The notes: generated by a model from the letters alone, not told the origin. Shown: positions 12,367-25,446, counted from the first letter of the stretch. The stretch is 42,153 nucleotides of DNA from Octopus bimaculoides (GCF_001194135.2 NC_068989.1:93688467-93730619), one strand, 5' to 3'. Made by a program: numbers and translations.

Positions 12367-12527
12367 GAAGTAGACTGCCAGGTCTAGCAATGGAAAGCTG
12401 ACCGCCAGGTCTTGCAGTTGAAAGCAGACCGCGAGGTCTTGCAGCTGAAAGTAGACCGACAGGTCTAGCAATTGAAAATAGACCGCTAGGTCTAGCAATT
12501 GATGGAGATCGCCAGGTTTAGCAATTG
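12367..12527. repeat. 27-bp minisatellite, six units, consensus AAAGTAGACCGCCAGGTCTAGCAATTG
   Basis: Units start at 12367, 12394, 12421, 12448, 12475 and 12502 (the last is 26 bp); the consensus contains TAGACC-4nt-GGTCTA. Confidence 0.92.
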
Positions 12528-12587
12528 AAAACACGATCTTGCGATCGTGAGTCCAACACTCTAACCGTTAAGCCATGCCTCCTTACT
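12502..12587 (-). mobile_element. tRNA-derived SINE head, family C
   Basis: Minus strand GGAGGCATGGCTTAACGGTTAGAGTGTTGGACTCACGATCGCAAGATCGTGTTTTCAATTGC: A box, anticodon-like arm and decayed B box. Confidence 0.65.
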
Positions 12588-13480
12588 TATATATATATAT
12601 AAGTATGTGTGTGTGTGTGTATAAGTATGTATGGTTGTATATATATATGTGTATGAGCGCGTGTGTGTGCGGATACACACACGTAAATACATATGTAATG
12701 ACAAACGTGTTGTAGATACGTAAAGAAAATGCGTAGCTCTGAAAAGAACAATGTTCAACTCGGCAACGTAGCTTCATTGCTTCAATTCTAATTGCAGAAT
12801 AAAAATAAAGATAAAAGCTGTTGTGCTAGTAATCGATCGTAAATGATGTTATTGAATATTTCATGGCAAAATGAAGAACTAGTTTTGCTATTCTTTACCG
12901 TCACAAAGTTCTAATTTCAAGTCATATTCTGAGTAGGAAATTCAAGTGGATTTGAGCATTATGGCAACAAGGAGGAATCGAAACAAACCATTTGTAGAGA
13001 ATATAGTGAATATAGACATTTTGCAAGCGAAACGATCGAATGTAAGGGCTGTATGAACAAATGGTTTAGAAGATCGCTTGGAAATCACCACATCACGTGG
13101 GTTTGGACCGACTGTTTTTCATCTTGTTTAAATATCATTTTCTTGTAAAGCTCCGGTCAGCAGAAAGCGTGTAAATGAAATTGTCCGACAGAAATAGCAT
13201 AGAAACCCATCTTAGGGTTTAAGCTTTATAATCAAAAAATTTCATCGCATCATTACAAACACCGTGACACCCACATTTAGTATGAGTCTATATCTCTGTG
13301 ACACGTTCAGCTATTTAGACGTTTATTCTTGCGCAGGTAATTCAGTTGCGATCAAACGACTGAATAGTCACCGAAAATCAGAACTCCGTCAAAAATGATA
13401 CGTTAGAATATTGTATAACAAATACTATGTTGACTGTTTCTTCTGTAACTTTCATGTAAAAGACATATAACAGTCAAATT

Positions 13481-13700
13481 GGTTTCAGATTTTGACACAG
13501 GGCCAACAGTTTTGTTGGGTCAGTGGCGGGGGGCTAAGTCAATTAAATCAACCCCAGTGCTCAACCGGTACTTATTTTATTGACCCCGAAAAGATGAAAA
13601 GCAAAGCCGACTTTGGTGGCATTTGAACTCAGAACATCAGAACATAAAGGCGGGCACTATTTTGCTGGGCATGCTAATGGTTTTGCCACCGTACCGCCTT
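13481..13700 (-). mobile_element. SINE family A, full length, diverged
   Basis: GACCCCGAAAAGATGAAAAGCAAAGCCGACTTTGGTGGCATTTGAACTCAGAAC is homologous to 1125-1340. Confidence 0.8.
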
Positions 13701-13716
13701 AAATGCGGTATATACT

Positions 13717-13783
13717 GGCTTCAAATTTTGGTAGAAGGCCAGCAATTTCGGAGGAGGGGGTACGTTGATTATATTGACCCCAG
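13717..13783 (-). mobile_element. SINE family A 3' fragment, tandem to the previous copy
   Basis: TTCAAATTTTGGTAGAAGGCCAGCAATTTCGGAGGAGGGGG...ATTGACCCCAG matches 13481-13560 and 32320-32370. Confidence 0.7.
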
Positions 13784-15109
13784 AATTAAAACTGAAGCTG
13801 TGAGGTTTGATCATGACTCGAGTTTCATGAAAAGCCATCGGTGCTAGATGGGTCGAAACAATCGTAGTGATTAATAAACATTCTCGTGTTTTCCATCTTC
13901 CATCTCTTTCATTATTCAAATACCCAACGAACACTGTGAAAATGAATGTGCTTTACTGGTAAGCTACCAGGTGTATACCGTGCAATTTATTATGTAGTAA
14001 TAATGATAATATGCGTGTGTATGTTTGTGTGTTTATATTTATATATTTTATTTTGAAATAATTGCATGACATTTAATGTGGAAACAATTCCCCATGAAGA
14101 TATTTGTGTCCCAAATTGTATTCTATTAAAAATATATGTAAGTATAACAGTTTAAGAGTTTGGTGATTAATGCATCTTACGATCGTTTCGCAAAAGTTTT
14201 GTCATTATAATGGAATTCATCATTGATACACATTGATAGACAGTACTTCCGCTCTTCAGAGATAGAGAAGGCAGAGTCTGTATAATATAGCGAATATTAT
14301 TTTAACCCCCCCCCCCCCCCAATTTTTTTTTTTTGAAGAATAAATTAAAATTTAGTGGTTTTGATTTTGTCAGGTAGACTTTGGTATAGAAATTTGAAAG
14401 TTTCTATATATATCCTTAGTATGTTCATCTCGGTAATCCATGACCATTTTGTGTGAGCGGTACCTTATCCTGCATTCCATATTTCATACGTAGAACATTG
14501 ATTTTGGTGGTCAAAGTTTTACTATTATGTTTTTATGTGTATAACCTGAAGATACCAACTTAAATTTTATGTTTACATTTATATAACACGTACGTGAGGA
14601 TTCATAGATACATAACATACAAATAATTGATGCGGAAAAAGAAGACTTTGATGCAAAGGCAACTGCGAATCTTCTACAAAAAGAATATTTTACACACGCC
14701 TAATGATGTATGAAGCGATATTTGGTCAACACAGACCGACAGAATCCCTAGAAATGTGAGGTATCTGTATGAAGGAAGCAAAAGTGAATCTAGAACTCGG
14801 CTTGCTGAAGAGGCAGTATTTTGAACCCCCAACCTTTTGGTTTATAACACTAATAACTGCTCAATTTTCTTCACAATTACCTCTGGTGTTTCTTCTTATC
14901 CCTCAGTGAATGACGAAGCACTGAGATAATGATCCCAGTGAAACATTAATTGTCAAGGATTGGAGCCAAGGATTTTGGTTTATAGGGAGCGACTTAAGAT
15001 TGAAAATATTTTCAAGTCGATAAAGCGTTTCACATACTTTAAACGAGATTGAGAGAGAGGGGGGAGTAAGAAAAGCAGAGACAGAGATAGAGAGAAACAG
15101 CGAGAGAGA

Positions 15110-15160
<51 letters not shown>

Positions 15161-15380
15161 TTAAAGACAGAATCTTGATTACTAGAAAATCTTGATTCTA
15201 ATGACGCGAGTTTGCTAATTGTATTACGTATGTATCTATACATGGGTCTATTTTTTTAAGTAATAATACTGTATAACTGTAGTCAAATGAATATTTTATT
15301 TTTTCCTCTCAGTATTTTCCTTGTTTTGTCCTCTCCCTCGCAATATTCAATAATCTCAGTTCTGTATCTGCTGCTCTCAG

Positions 15381-15459
15381 AACCCAATTACATGTTTTCC
15401 TTGGTAGGAACAGGTGTTGCATTATGGAGAGGAATGCGCACAGAATCTGTTAGTCTGAA
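15381..15459 (+). CDS. Candidate internal coding exon (phase 1 to 2), product unknown
   Basis: Long pyrimidine tract 15300-15378 ending CTCTCAG, donor AA|GTAAGC, one open frame xPNYMFSLVGTGVALWRGMRTESVSLx; no recognisable family. Confidence 0.3.
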
Positions 15460-15990
15460 GTAAGCAGAAGTTTTCTTTTCTATACAATAAAATTTTAGTG
15501 CGTCATTGAGAAGTCTCTGAGGTTTTGTTGGCATAGCAACTGTTTCAATTGAAAATATATACAGACATAATTATCAAGAAGTACAAACTTAACTCTGTGT
15601 ATGTATAAATATCTGTATGTGTTTGTGTGTGGTTGTGGGAGTGTTTTGTTCAGTACGTGTACGCTTGTGTAGATATACATTCATATATATGCATGTGTAT
15701 GCATGTATACATGTCTGTATATTTGTGTATTTGTGTGTGTAACTGTCTATACACATACGTACTTACTTAATATTTATCTATCTACCTACATGTGTGTACA
15801 ATATTCATGCATGTGTGTGTGTTTATACATATACCTATATATAAATACAAAAGCGCGCACACACACACAAGCTCACACAAATACACATATTTTATGAATC
15901 TACCTAGCTATACACAACTTCACCACTTATTAGTTGTTAGTGCTCAGTATACTTATGTATATATCTATTATCTACTTATGTATCTATAGA

Positions 15991-15991
<1 letters not shown>

Positions 15992-16082
<91 letters not shown>
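15992..16082. repeat. (TGTC)n/(TATC)n tetranucleotide array
   Basis: Direct reading. Confidence 0.95.
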
Positions 16083-16202
16083 AATAACTCTGTGTGTGTA
16101 TGTGTGTGTGTGTCTTCGAGTTTGTGTTTGTACTCCACTACTGCATGAATCCGGTTTCGTGTTTTTATGTCTCTGTAACTAAGCTCTTCGTTAAAAAAGA
16201 AA

Positions 16203-16322
16203 CGATAAAATAAGTGCCAGACTTTCAAAAAATCTGCTATGATCGATTCGGTCGACTAAGATTCTTCAAGGCGATGCCCCAACATGGCCACGGTTTAATA
16301 ACTGAAACAAGCAAAAGATAAA
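16203..16322 (+). mobile_element. SINE 3' tail fragment (family B type)
   Basis: GATCGATTCGGTCGACTAAG.TTCTTCAAGGCGATGCCCCAACATGGCC...ACTGAAACAAG matches the 3' end of 31029-31345. Confidence 0.65.
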
Positions 16323-16829
16323 ATACATCGTATATACCCATTCACCCGTCCATACATATATAGCTCTGTATATACATACATATATATATATATATATATA
16401 CACACAAACATTTAAATCTATGCAGGCGTTTTATAACTACATCTTTTTCTCTTTTACAATTACTACTAATTACTGCTTCAGTTAATTTGAATTAAGGACA
16501 TTATTGGAAATTCAAGAAAGTTTCTATCGAAATATTTTTGCAACTACTTCACGTTAACAACTGATTACGATTGGTTCTACATCCATAACTTCAACTTTAA
16601 CAGTCAAACAGCGTTGCTTGTTGAAGCGAATATCACTATCCGCATCTTGATGTTATTTGTCGTCATTGAAGTTGTAATTATCGTCAGCGACAATAATTAT
16701 AAATAGATATAATTAGAAACGAGTTCCGAAGAAACCCTTGTTGGCGCTATATGGATCTCCAGCCGCTTTCCACAATAACTATCCTTGTTGTTTCATCGAT
16801 GGTGCTCTATAGTAATTGACTCATAAAAT

Positions 16830-17045
16830 AAATGGCTGAGTATTCCGAGTGTGTAGGTAAGCGTGACTTCATACTCACACCGAATCAGCGTGAATAACTG
16901 GTGTAACAAAGCTGACCGTTCGAATTAGAATAATGGAGCGCCAAGCTGGCTTCCGCACAGTTTCCGTCAAATTAATTTCAGTAACAAGACCTTGCCTAGA
17001 GGCTTTAGTAGACGAATATTCTCAAGGTGCTACATGCAGGAACAG
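16830..17045 (-). mobile_element. Degenerate SINE fragment (family B body)
   Basis: Homologous to 427-630; CAGTTTCCGTC...GAGGCTTTAGTAGAC...CAAGGTGC is the reverse complement of the family B body. Confidence 0.5.
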
Positions 17046-18059
17046 ACACATTTCTTACAACAGCTCGTATTAAGGAAATATATTTACTGTGATTACACGT
17101 AAACGAGATTGTAGAGAAAATCAAGATTCAATCCAAACTTATCAAAATGAATTACTTTATTACTCGGTATTCTTCCTCACAAAAAGACCTCGTGTTTTTT
17201 ATGGATCAATAAAAAACGCGATTAGGTAGCTGCCGACGTTGAAGTGACTGGTGACACTTTCGCATTTCAAAGTTTACAGTTTTACAGTATAAATCGTCAA
17301 TTCAGCTTATTCTTAGCGATTATTGTATAAAGTGCGCTCCAATGTATACAATGCTATAATATCAACGCAGAGATAGAGATAACATTTTAAAGGAAGTGTA
17401 TATGAAAGGTGAATTCCTATTTTGCCATTTGTGAATTCCTGTATTGCCGTTATCGTCGGTGGATTTACATGCATCGAGATTTGACTTGCCAAAACGTCGA
17501 ATTTAAATTAGACAGAGATCGACTGCTACAACTGAAGATAAAGGAGTTAACTATATTTAATGCGTTCATCTTCCGTAGTCGTTGTTTTAATCATCCATCT
17601 AAAATACACCTAGGAAAAGGGTAAACGGATTTGCTATATTGGCTGATCTTTGAATTGAGTGACCAGAAGCCAGAAAGTGAGCGTAGAGAATCGATTATCG
17701 TGACAGGTGAATTACAAGTCTGTGCAGTAATGCATCGAACAAGGAAGTCCCGTCACTTGTGATGAATGTTCTCAACGTCGTAAAGAATGGCACAAACAAT
17801 TATGTGTGTAGTCAACACGAAGATCTCAGCAGAGTCGCGCATCTCGATAATTATGTAATCGTACCGAGCAGAAATAATACTTGTGAGGAGCAACAACCGC
17901 AGAAACAGGAAAAGTAACGGAACAAAAATATGTGGCTCTTATAAAGTTTAGTCTGTATTATGTCGACATTTTTTTTTTTTTTGCCGAATCAAAAAGTTGT
18001 GAGGACAGAAACAAACTAACACGGAAGGAAGGAAACAAACACAAAGTCAAGGAGACACA

Positions 18060-18240
18060 CATATACAGCACACATACATGTATACATATATACATATATA
18101 CACACATACATACACACACATACATGTATACATATATACATATATACACACACACATACATACATACATACACACATACATACATACATACATATATACA
18201 TACATACATACATACACGTGTGTGTGTTTGTGTGTTTGTG
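18060..18240. repeat. (CATA)n/(CA)n compound microsatellite
   Basis: Direct reading. Confidence 0.93.
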
Positions 18241-18463
18241 TGTGTGTGGGACAACAAAGCCAAGGCGGTGTGAAATTTCTATGACAATTAAAACGAGAAA
18301 GGTAGTCTTACAGCTGTTTCAGAGATATGAGGGATATTACTTCATGAGAGACGATATGAGCGAGTAGCACTTACATAGCCTTACCTGCTATTTTGGGTCA
18401 TCTGGATACCAAAACATCTTATATAATATATATATGTATGTATATATACATATATAAAGAGAG

Positions 18464-18530
<67 letters not shown>

Positions 18531-18723
18531 CAGTAGGGTATTTAATACCACTTGCTAACTCAATTGGCATTGAAACATACATTACTTACTGATGCATTCA
18601 ACGCAGAGGTAAGCCTAGTTCTTATATGCTCATTGCATTACTCGTGTGCATCTTTATTGTGAGTTTCTGGTGGTTTTGGAGCCTTGGCTCTGACTTTAGC
18701 AAGTGGTATTAAATACCGTACTG
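18531..18723. mobile_element. MITE-like element with 28-bp terminal inverted repeats
   Basis: Left 18531-18558 CAGTAGGGTATTTAATACCACTTGCTAA; the reverse complement of right 18696-18723 is identical at 27/28; no coding capacity; no clear TSD. Confidence 0.65.
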
Positions 18724-19120
18724 GATCTAGATTTAGCATATATTGTGCCTGCAAAGGTGTTAACTCGCTAGCTAGCTTATTATTTCCTTATTAATATCAT
18801 TAAAATACATCTTAATCTAAGTTTATTCTTGCTCCCGATAATTTTCATTTAAATCGCTAGGGACATTTAAAGTAAGGAACACCCACGAGCTAATGTAGTG
18901 AATATTTTAGAAATAGATGTTAAAATGTTATTTTCAACTGAAGATCACAGAGTATGTTGGTCATACAGAGGCTCTTCTTCACTAATTCTGTTTCCTATCA
19001 TGCCCATATAAATTTAGTGATTCTTCTGTCGCTTATAAGTATTTTGACTTCTACTTTTAGCGAAGCAGGTGCTTATGTAGTACCTTAGTATATATAAATA
19101 TATTTCTATATCTCATATAT

Positions 19121-19180
<60 letters not shown>

Positions 19181-19280
19181 GTGTGTGNNNNNNNNNNCAC
19201 ACATATATATATATATATATATGTGTGTGTATGTGTGTGTGCGTGTGTGTGCGTGTGTGTGTGTGTGTGTGTGTATAAGC

Positions 19281-19331
19281 AGAACTGAGAAAGACGAAAT
19301 ACCGCTAAGCAGTTCCCCCAGTTCGCCGCCT
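19281..19331 (-). mobile_element. SINE family A head fragment
   Basis: AAGACGAAATACCGCTAAGCA...CCAGTTCGCCGCC matches the family A 5' end. Confidence 0.6.
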
Positions 19332-19353
19332 TTTAATTAGATATATATTGACT

Positions 19354-19424
<71 letters not shown>

Positions 19425-20280
19425 ACACACTCACACACACACACACTCACACACACACATACACAAATACATATATATACACACAAATACCTCATGATTG
19501 CGGAGTAAAAATATAAAGAAACATATTGAAAATAATCGAACGTGTACCTAAAAATTAAACTTTGCTCTTTGACTCTGAGTTTGCACCGAGAAGACTCGGC
19601 TATGATCAAAGCCGTCTTGAACGTGACACTCCCTTCTTTTGCATACGAAGATCTATTTTTCCTAATGTGCTTTTAATTATTTCTTAAGGATGTTTCTAGT
19701 GCTTTGCTCTGTCATTAGTTGACGTCTTTAAAAGTGCACACATTATGTCTGTAGTATATATAAAGGTTCTAACAGTACTTTTTCCGTCTATAAGGTTATT
19801 TTACCCGATCCTCGAAGCTGTTTTCACTGCTATTCTCCTGTGTTCGAGATTTCGTTCATTTTCAAAATAGCAACTCAGTAAACGCTTCGATATTTGTTTA
19901 TAGCAATTTTTCTTTTAGCTAAAAACTAACCAAAGACAAACTGTAAGACTCAAATGTAAATGCTACAAGTAATATAATAAAGAAATATATGAATGTGAAG
20001 AAAAACACCATTTCTAGCAATAGATAGTTTAACAACTAAATATATATAAAAGTAATGAGAATACCATCGGTTGCAGAATACCGGATTATATGTGCATAAC
20101 ATCAGTGAAGCTGTCAACAATGTTATTAGAAGTTAGCCGTTTTATCTTGCATAGGAATAAGGAAGAGGAAAACACCTCAAGGGGGTATGATTTAAATACC
20201 AAATATAACAAAGTTAGGTTTTCACTACGACATATTAATACATTGCAAAACTGAAGACGCAGGATTCTCGTGGGAAGGAA

Positions 20281-20500
20281 CTTGGTCTTGTGTTTAAGCT
20301 GTTTGGTTTATAAACCAGTGATTGCTTGCTCAAATCTAGGACCCGGCAGAGAGTGGTATCCTTAAGTAAGGCACTTCACCACTCGGTGCGCCTCTCTATT
20401 CATGAGCAAATATCTACCAATCGGATGCTGATGCTAAGTTGTTTCCCTCCAGTTGTAACGTCCTGGATGCTCTGCTGAGTCAATAGCTGGAAGCCAAAAG
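20281..20500 (+). mobile_element. Highly degenerate SINE (family C-like)
   Basis: Decayed tRNA-like head, then GTGGTATCCTTAAGTAAGGCACTT; shares TCTGCTGAGTCAAT with 32000-32200. Confidence 0.4.
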
Positions 20501-22663
20501 GGTGTCTACTTGTAACTCCATTGGAACTTAAAATATATATAACGATAGAAACAGGAAACGTGCTGCCAATATAAAACTATACTATCGCATAAATGCGCAC
20601 AGATATGAAATCAAAGTAATGTCCTTGAATGCTAATGCAAAATCAGAAAACGCACACACTCAAATAAAACTGCACACAGGCACATGGACACACGCATTCC
20701 CACACCTAGTCACCTATACGTAAAATCCTTATATATTCTTTTAAATCACAGATATTATTATATAGACTTACAAATCTAAAAATATAAATACCCTACCGCT
20801 AATTATAAAAAGTAAAAGGCTGTACAAATACGCACACATATATAATTTGATAAATATTTATCATAAACCGTAAAGGCAATTACATCACTACGTATATTTG
20901 GTCTTGGATAAATAAATTAGTGCATATCAGTATAATCACACATATATACAATAAATTATCATAGCTGTAGGGATACATATTCGTTTCGTGCAAGGACATT
21001 TTATAGGTGAACACATGTATACAAATACCCTCACATATATAACAATCAAATAAAACTAACGTCAATATATATAGAAAATATTATACCTTAACGAGTGTGT
21101 ACATTCGCTGAAAAAAGTATACATTGATATGTGTATAACCATAAAACTGATTTACACCTATATAAATATAAACGCTATTTTGTACAAAACATATACACAT
21201 ATATTCAACCCAAATTACATCGAAAGATAAAAGCTGGCAAGTTGAGAAATTTTGGTATTTACTTTGCGCAAGTTTAATTTCATCTCCCGGAAGGAAGAAG
21301 CATTGAAGATCTCATTAAATTAGATAGCATTATAGTTTGTGTCCGATGCAAAGCCATGTGTTTTCCATATCCTTCATCAAATTTCTATCAAACATATTTC
21401 ATATACTCTAATGTGTATATATATATATATATATATATATNNNNNNNNNNNNNNNNNNNNNNNNNNNNNNNNNNNNNNNNNNNNNNNNNNNNNNNNNNNN
21501 NNNNNNNNNNNNNNNNNNNNNNNNNNNNNNNNNNNNNNNNNNNNNNNNNNNNNNNNNNNNNNNNNNNNNNNNNNNNNNNNNNNNNNNNNNNNNNNNNNNN
21601 NNNNNNNNNNNNNNNNNNNNNNNNNNNNNNNNNNNNNNNNNNNNNNNNNNNNNNNNNNNNNNNNNNNNNNNNNNNNNNNNNNNNNNNNNNNNNNNNNNNN
21701 NNNNNNNNNNNNNNNNNNNNNNNNNNNNNNNNNNNNNNNNNNNNNNNNNNNNNNNNNNNNNNNNNNNNNNNNNNNNNNNNNNNNNNNNNNNNNNNNNNNN
21801 NNNNNNNNNNNNNNNNNNNNNNNNNNNNNNNNNNNNNNNNNNNNNNNNNNNNNNNNNNNNNNNNNNNNNNNNNNNNNNNNNNNNNNNNNNNNNNNNNNNN
21901 NNNNNNNNNNNNNNNNNNNNNNNNNNNNNNNNNNNNNNNNNNNNNNNNNNNNNNNNNNNNNNNNNNNNNNNNNNNNNNNNNNNNNNNNNNNNNNNNNNNN
22001 NNNNNNNNNNNNNNNNNNNNNNNNNNNNNNNNNNNNNNNNNNNNNNNNNNNNNNNNNNNNNNNNNNNNNNTATATATATATGTACACACATACATACACA
22101 CACACACGCGTATTCTGCATCAGTGTATGTAGTCGTGATGCTGGTGTATCGATTCTGTTTCTTCTTTATTTTTCTTCTCTATATTCGCCTCTCCTCTTTC
22201 TCTTTTCTCTCAATACAGTTTTCTTTTCAGTTTGTTTGCGTTTCATGAATTCTGATAAAATGGTGAAGATCGCAAATGTCAGTGCGGAATATAATATGCT
22301 ATTATCAGTTGTTTAGCGTGCGATGCTTTGCTTTTACTGAGTAGATATTGATATAATCCACTATAATTAATCATAAACTCAAAGCGTTTAGTGTCATCTT
22401 TCTAGTCTTTGATGTCAACGGCAGAGAAACAAGTTGTTGTAATTGAGAAATGAAATGTCTGAACGGCTTGCTTCAAAACAGGAAGTGAACGTTTGTTGCA
22501 ACAGTGCCATTCGCTTACGGTACATCACTGACTTGAAAGAGATGTGATGGACTACGGTATACTCAACTATTTCAGATTAAACACTGAGGTCAGGAATTAA
22601 TGTGAAAGTAGAGTTACTTTCTAAACTTGCTTATATGCATTGAGAAAAGTTCGACACGAAATG

Positions 22664-22731
<68 letters not shown>

Positions 22732-22818
22732 NNNNNNNNNNNNNNNNNNNNNNNNNNNNNNNNNNNNNNNNNNNNNNNNNNNNNNNNNNNNNNNNNNNNN
22801 NNNNNNNNNNNNNNNNNN

Positions 22819-22876
<58 letters not shown>

Positions 22877-23084
22877 CGATGAAGGAAAAGGGAAAACGAG
22901 GAAGACTAACTTAAAGAAATATGAAGTTTTAATGTACCGGAATGAAATTATTATCGCAAGCCATCATCTCGCTAGTTGCCACTAACTTGTATTGAAGTTT
23001 CTCTAACAAACTAATTTACGTACGGTCATTACTAAGACATTTACATATAGTGAATCGAACCATACTCCGCAACACCACCACCAC

Positions 23085-23212
23085 CAACACCACCACAAAC
23101 ACCACCACCACCATCACCACCACCACCACTACTACTACTACTACTACTTCTAACTTTCAACCACTAACGTCTGTTGTAGTAGTAGTACTAGTAGTAGAAG
23201 AAGAAGAAGAAT

Positions 23213-23261
<49 letters not shown>

Positions 23262-23262
23262 T
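23085..23262. repeat. Compound (CAC)n-(CTA)n-(TAG)n-(AAG)n-(TAG)n microsatellite
   Basis: Direct reading. Confidence 0.93.
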
Positions 23263-23330
23263 ACCAGTTCCTATCTGTTGCGAAATAGCTTATAATTTGA
23301 GAGAGAAAGAGAGACGGTGTGAGAGTGAGT

Positions 23331-23377
<47 letters not shown>

Positions 23378-23783
23378 CGAATGTGTGACACTCTTTCTCC
23401 TCTCTTAAATCCATCATCATATGAGTTGTAATTAGAATTGCATGGATTGAACCAAATGTAGGTGGAAGACTTCTATCTTCATTCCTTCCAGTGTTCATTA
23501 AAAGATTTAGAAGAGATGAATTATTTAAGCCTTTTTTTTTTGCTCTACTGAGATTATAAAATTTTATTTTGCTTTGAACAATATTTAACGGCTCCATCTG
23601 ATTTCCCTTATCTCCCATTATGTCTATATGCAATTTCGCTTTTCTTTCATAAGTGCTATGCATTTCCTTCTAGCAGTGTGTCCTCAAAATGCTTTGCGCT
23701 TCAGACGATGTGTCGTTGTATATTTTGGATATTTACAACATCGGTTAGAGTGGACAACATTCATGTAATACAATTTCTTTCAG

Positions 23784-23814
23784 AACCCGGAGAGTTCAAG
23801 TGAAGTGTAGAATC
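23784..23814 (+). other. Candidate 31-nt micro-exon
   Basis: Acceptor TTTCTTTCAG| and donor |GTGAGT; the only open frame is xTRRVQVKCRI (phase 2 to 0). Confidence 0.2.
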
Positions 23815-24311
23815 GTGAGTGAGAAACATTAATGTAGACGATTAAGACACAGAACTCGATCCTAAATGATATTTAAGCCACAAACTCGCGTGAGATTGTA
23901 CAATTGGGATTATTGTAATCTGGTGAAAATAGAAGATAGCGACTGGGCACGTAGTCTTTTACTAGCAATTATTGCCACTAAGAAAGAAAACGTTTAATGA
24001 AAGCCTGCATCGTTAGAACTCAGAAAGCTGGTGAGACCTGTTTAATGTAATGTTGAAATAGAATTCTATCATAAATATTAGCAATTTTGTTTTACTTTTG
24101 GTTGGCGTTTTAGAAGAGGAAAGATGAGAAATATTAAAAAAAAACACTCAATGTTTACTCTTAAGGCAGGAACAACAAAAATATATCAGCCACGGCGCAG
24201 GAATTGAAACCAGATGGTGTTGACATGCAGTAAAATATTTTTTTGTTCAACCACTGCTAATAATATTTATTTGTTCTACCGCCGTAAGTAATATTTATGA
24301 TATTTATGTTA

Positions 24312-24473
24312 CGAACTGGCAGGATTATTAGCACCATGGCTAAAATGCTTGGCAACTTTACGTTTATCTTTACGTTCAGAGTACAAATTTCGCCGAGGTC
24401 GACTTTGCCTTTCATCCTTTCAGGATCGATAAAATAAGTACCAGTTAAACACGAGGGGGAATGTAGCTAACTT
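24312..24473 (+). mobile_element. SINE family A
   Basis: CGAACTGGCAGGA...TTTACGTTCAGAGTACAAATTTCGCCGAGGTCGACTTTGCCTTTCATCC...GATAAAATAAGTACCAG. Confidence 0.8.
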
Positions 24474-24559
24474 ACAGATTCCAGAATCTGGAACCAATAT
24501 CATAGTATTCATATAGAATCAGATATTCTTCAGAACGCGCGACAGATAAATCTAAGCCG

Positions 24560-24705
24560 AGCACTGGATAGAAAATCTCTATATTTTCAAGACCCAGTGA
24601 TTATGAAAAACAATGTTTATTTCAGTAGGATTTGAACTAAAATCGTAAAGACAAGTAGCTATATACCACAAAACATTTATGAGACGCTGCACTGAATCGG
24701 CCAAT
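24560..24705 (-). mobile_element. Degenerate SINE family A-like copy
   Basis: GGATTTGAACTAAAATCGTAAAGAC...ATACC.C.AAACATTT resembles the reverse complement of the family A head. Confidence 0.45.
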
Positions 24706-25069
24706 GGATTGCTCAACTGCTCTGTAAACAATATTAATAATAAATATAACATCTGCATAATCCTAACACTAATGTCATTGCTATGTTTATTGTATTTAGG
24801 ATGAAACTAAAAACAGCATTCAACATAACGAAATTATGAAGGTTTCCTGTATACCACTAAGAAAACAACCTCGAGCAATGTTCACTTTGAAATTATATGT
24901 AAGTGGAAATATCAATTTAATTTCTGATTAAACGTGATCCATATTCCACGAAAAGCATTAGGCGTTTCTGACTCTCTTATAGTGTAAAAACGTGATTGTC
25001 GTTATTATAAAATGGTGATTTCTGAATGGAAAAGACGTGTATGATTATATGTGTGTATGTATATATATA

Positions 25070-25070
25070 T

Positions 25071-25132
<62 letters not shown>

Positions 25133-25134
25133 AA

Positions 25135-25185
<51 letters not shown>
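25070..25185. repeat. (CA)n followed by (GATA)n
   Basis: Direct reading. Confidence 0.95.
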
Positions 25186-25446
25186 TGCGTGTGTGCGTAC
25201 GTATATGTGTGCGTGTATGTGTACATGTAATGTATGTGTGTGTGCGTGCATATATGTATATAAGGTCATATATTTTACGTGCGTATGAATATGTACATAT
25301 CTAAATACAGACAAACATGCATATATATATATGTGTGTGTGTGTATACATGCATGTATGTATATGCATATACATAGAGGGAGAGAGAGGAAAGAAAGTGA
25401 GAGTGAAAGAAAAGCAGTGGGAGAAAGGGAGAACAAGAGAGAGAGG

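Noticed and set aside
12367-12527. CRISPR-like appearance of 27-bp palindromic repeats
   Set aside because: The units are contiguous with no unique spacers, there are no cas genes, and the context is eukaryotic.
1856-13067. Short isolated inverted repeats (1856-1873, 3988-4015, 12985-13067)
   Set aside because: Stems of 8-11 bp are expected by chance in 42 kb of AT-rich DNA.
17409-17452. 22-bp tandem duplication GTGAATTCCT..TTGCC.TT
   Set aside because: Only two diverged units; ordinary slippage, with no further structure.
17690-17800. IVTGE and VTCDE strings reminiscent of the mariner catalytic motif
   Set aside because: They are in different frames with no flanking similarity and are too short to support a call.
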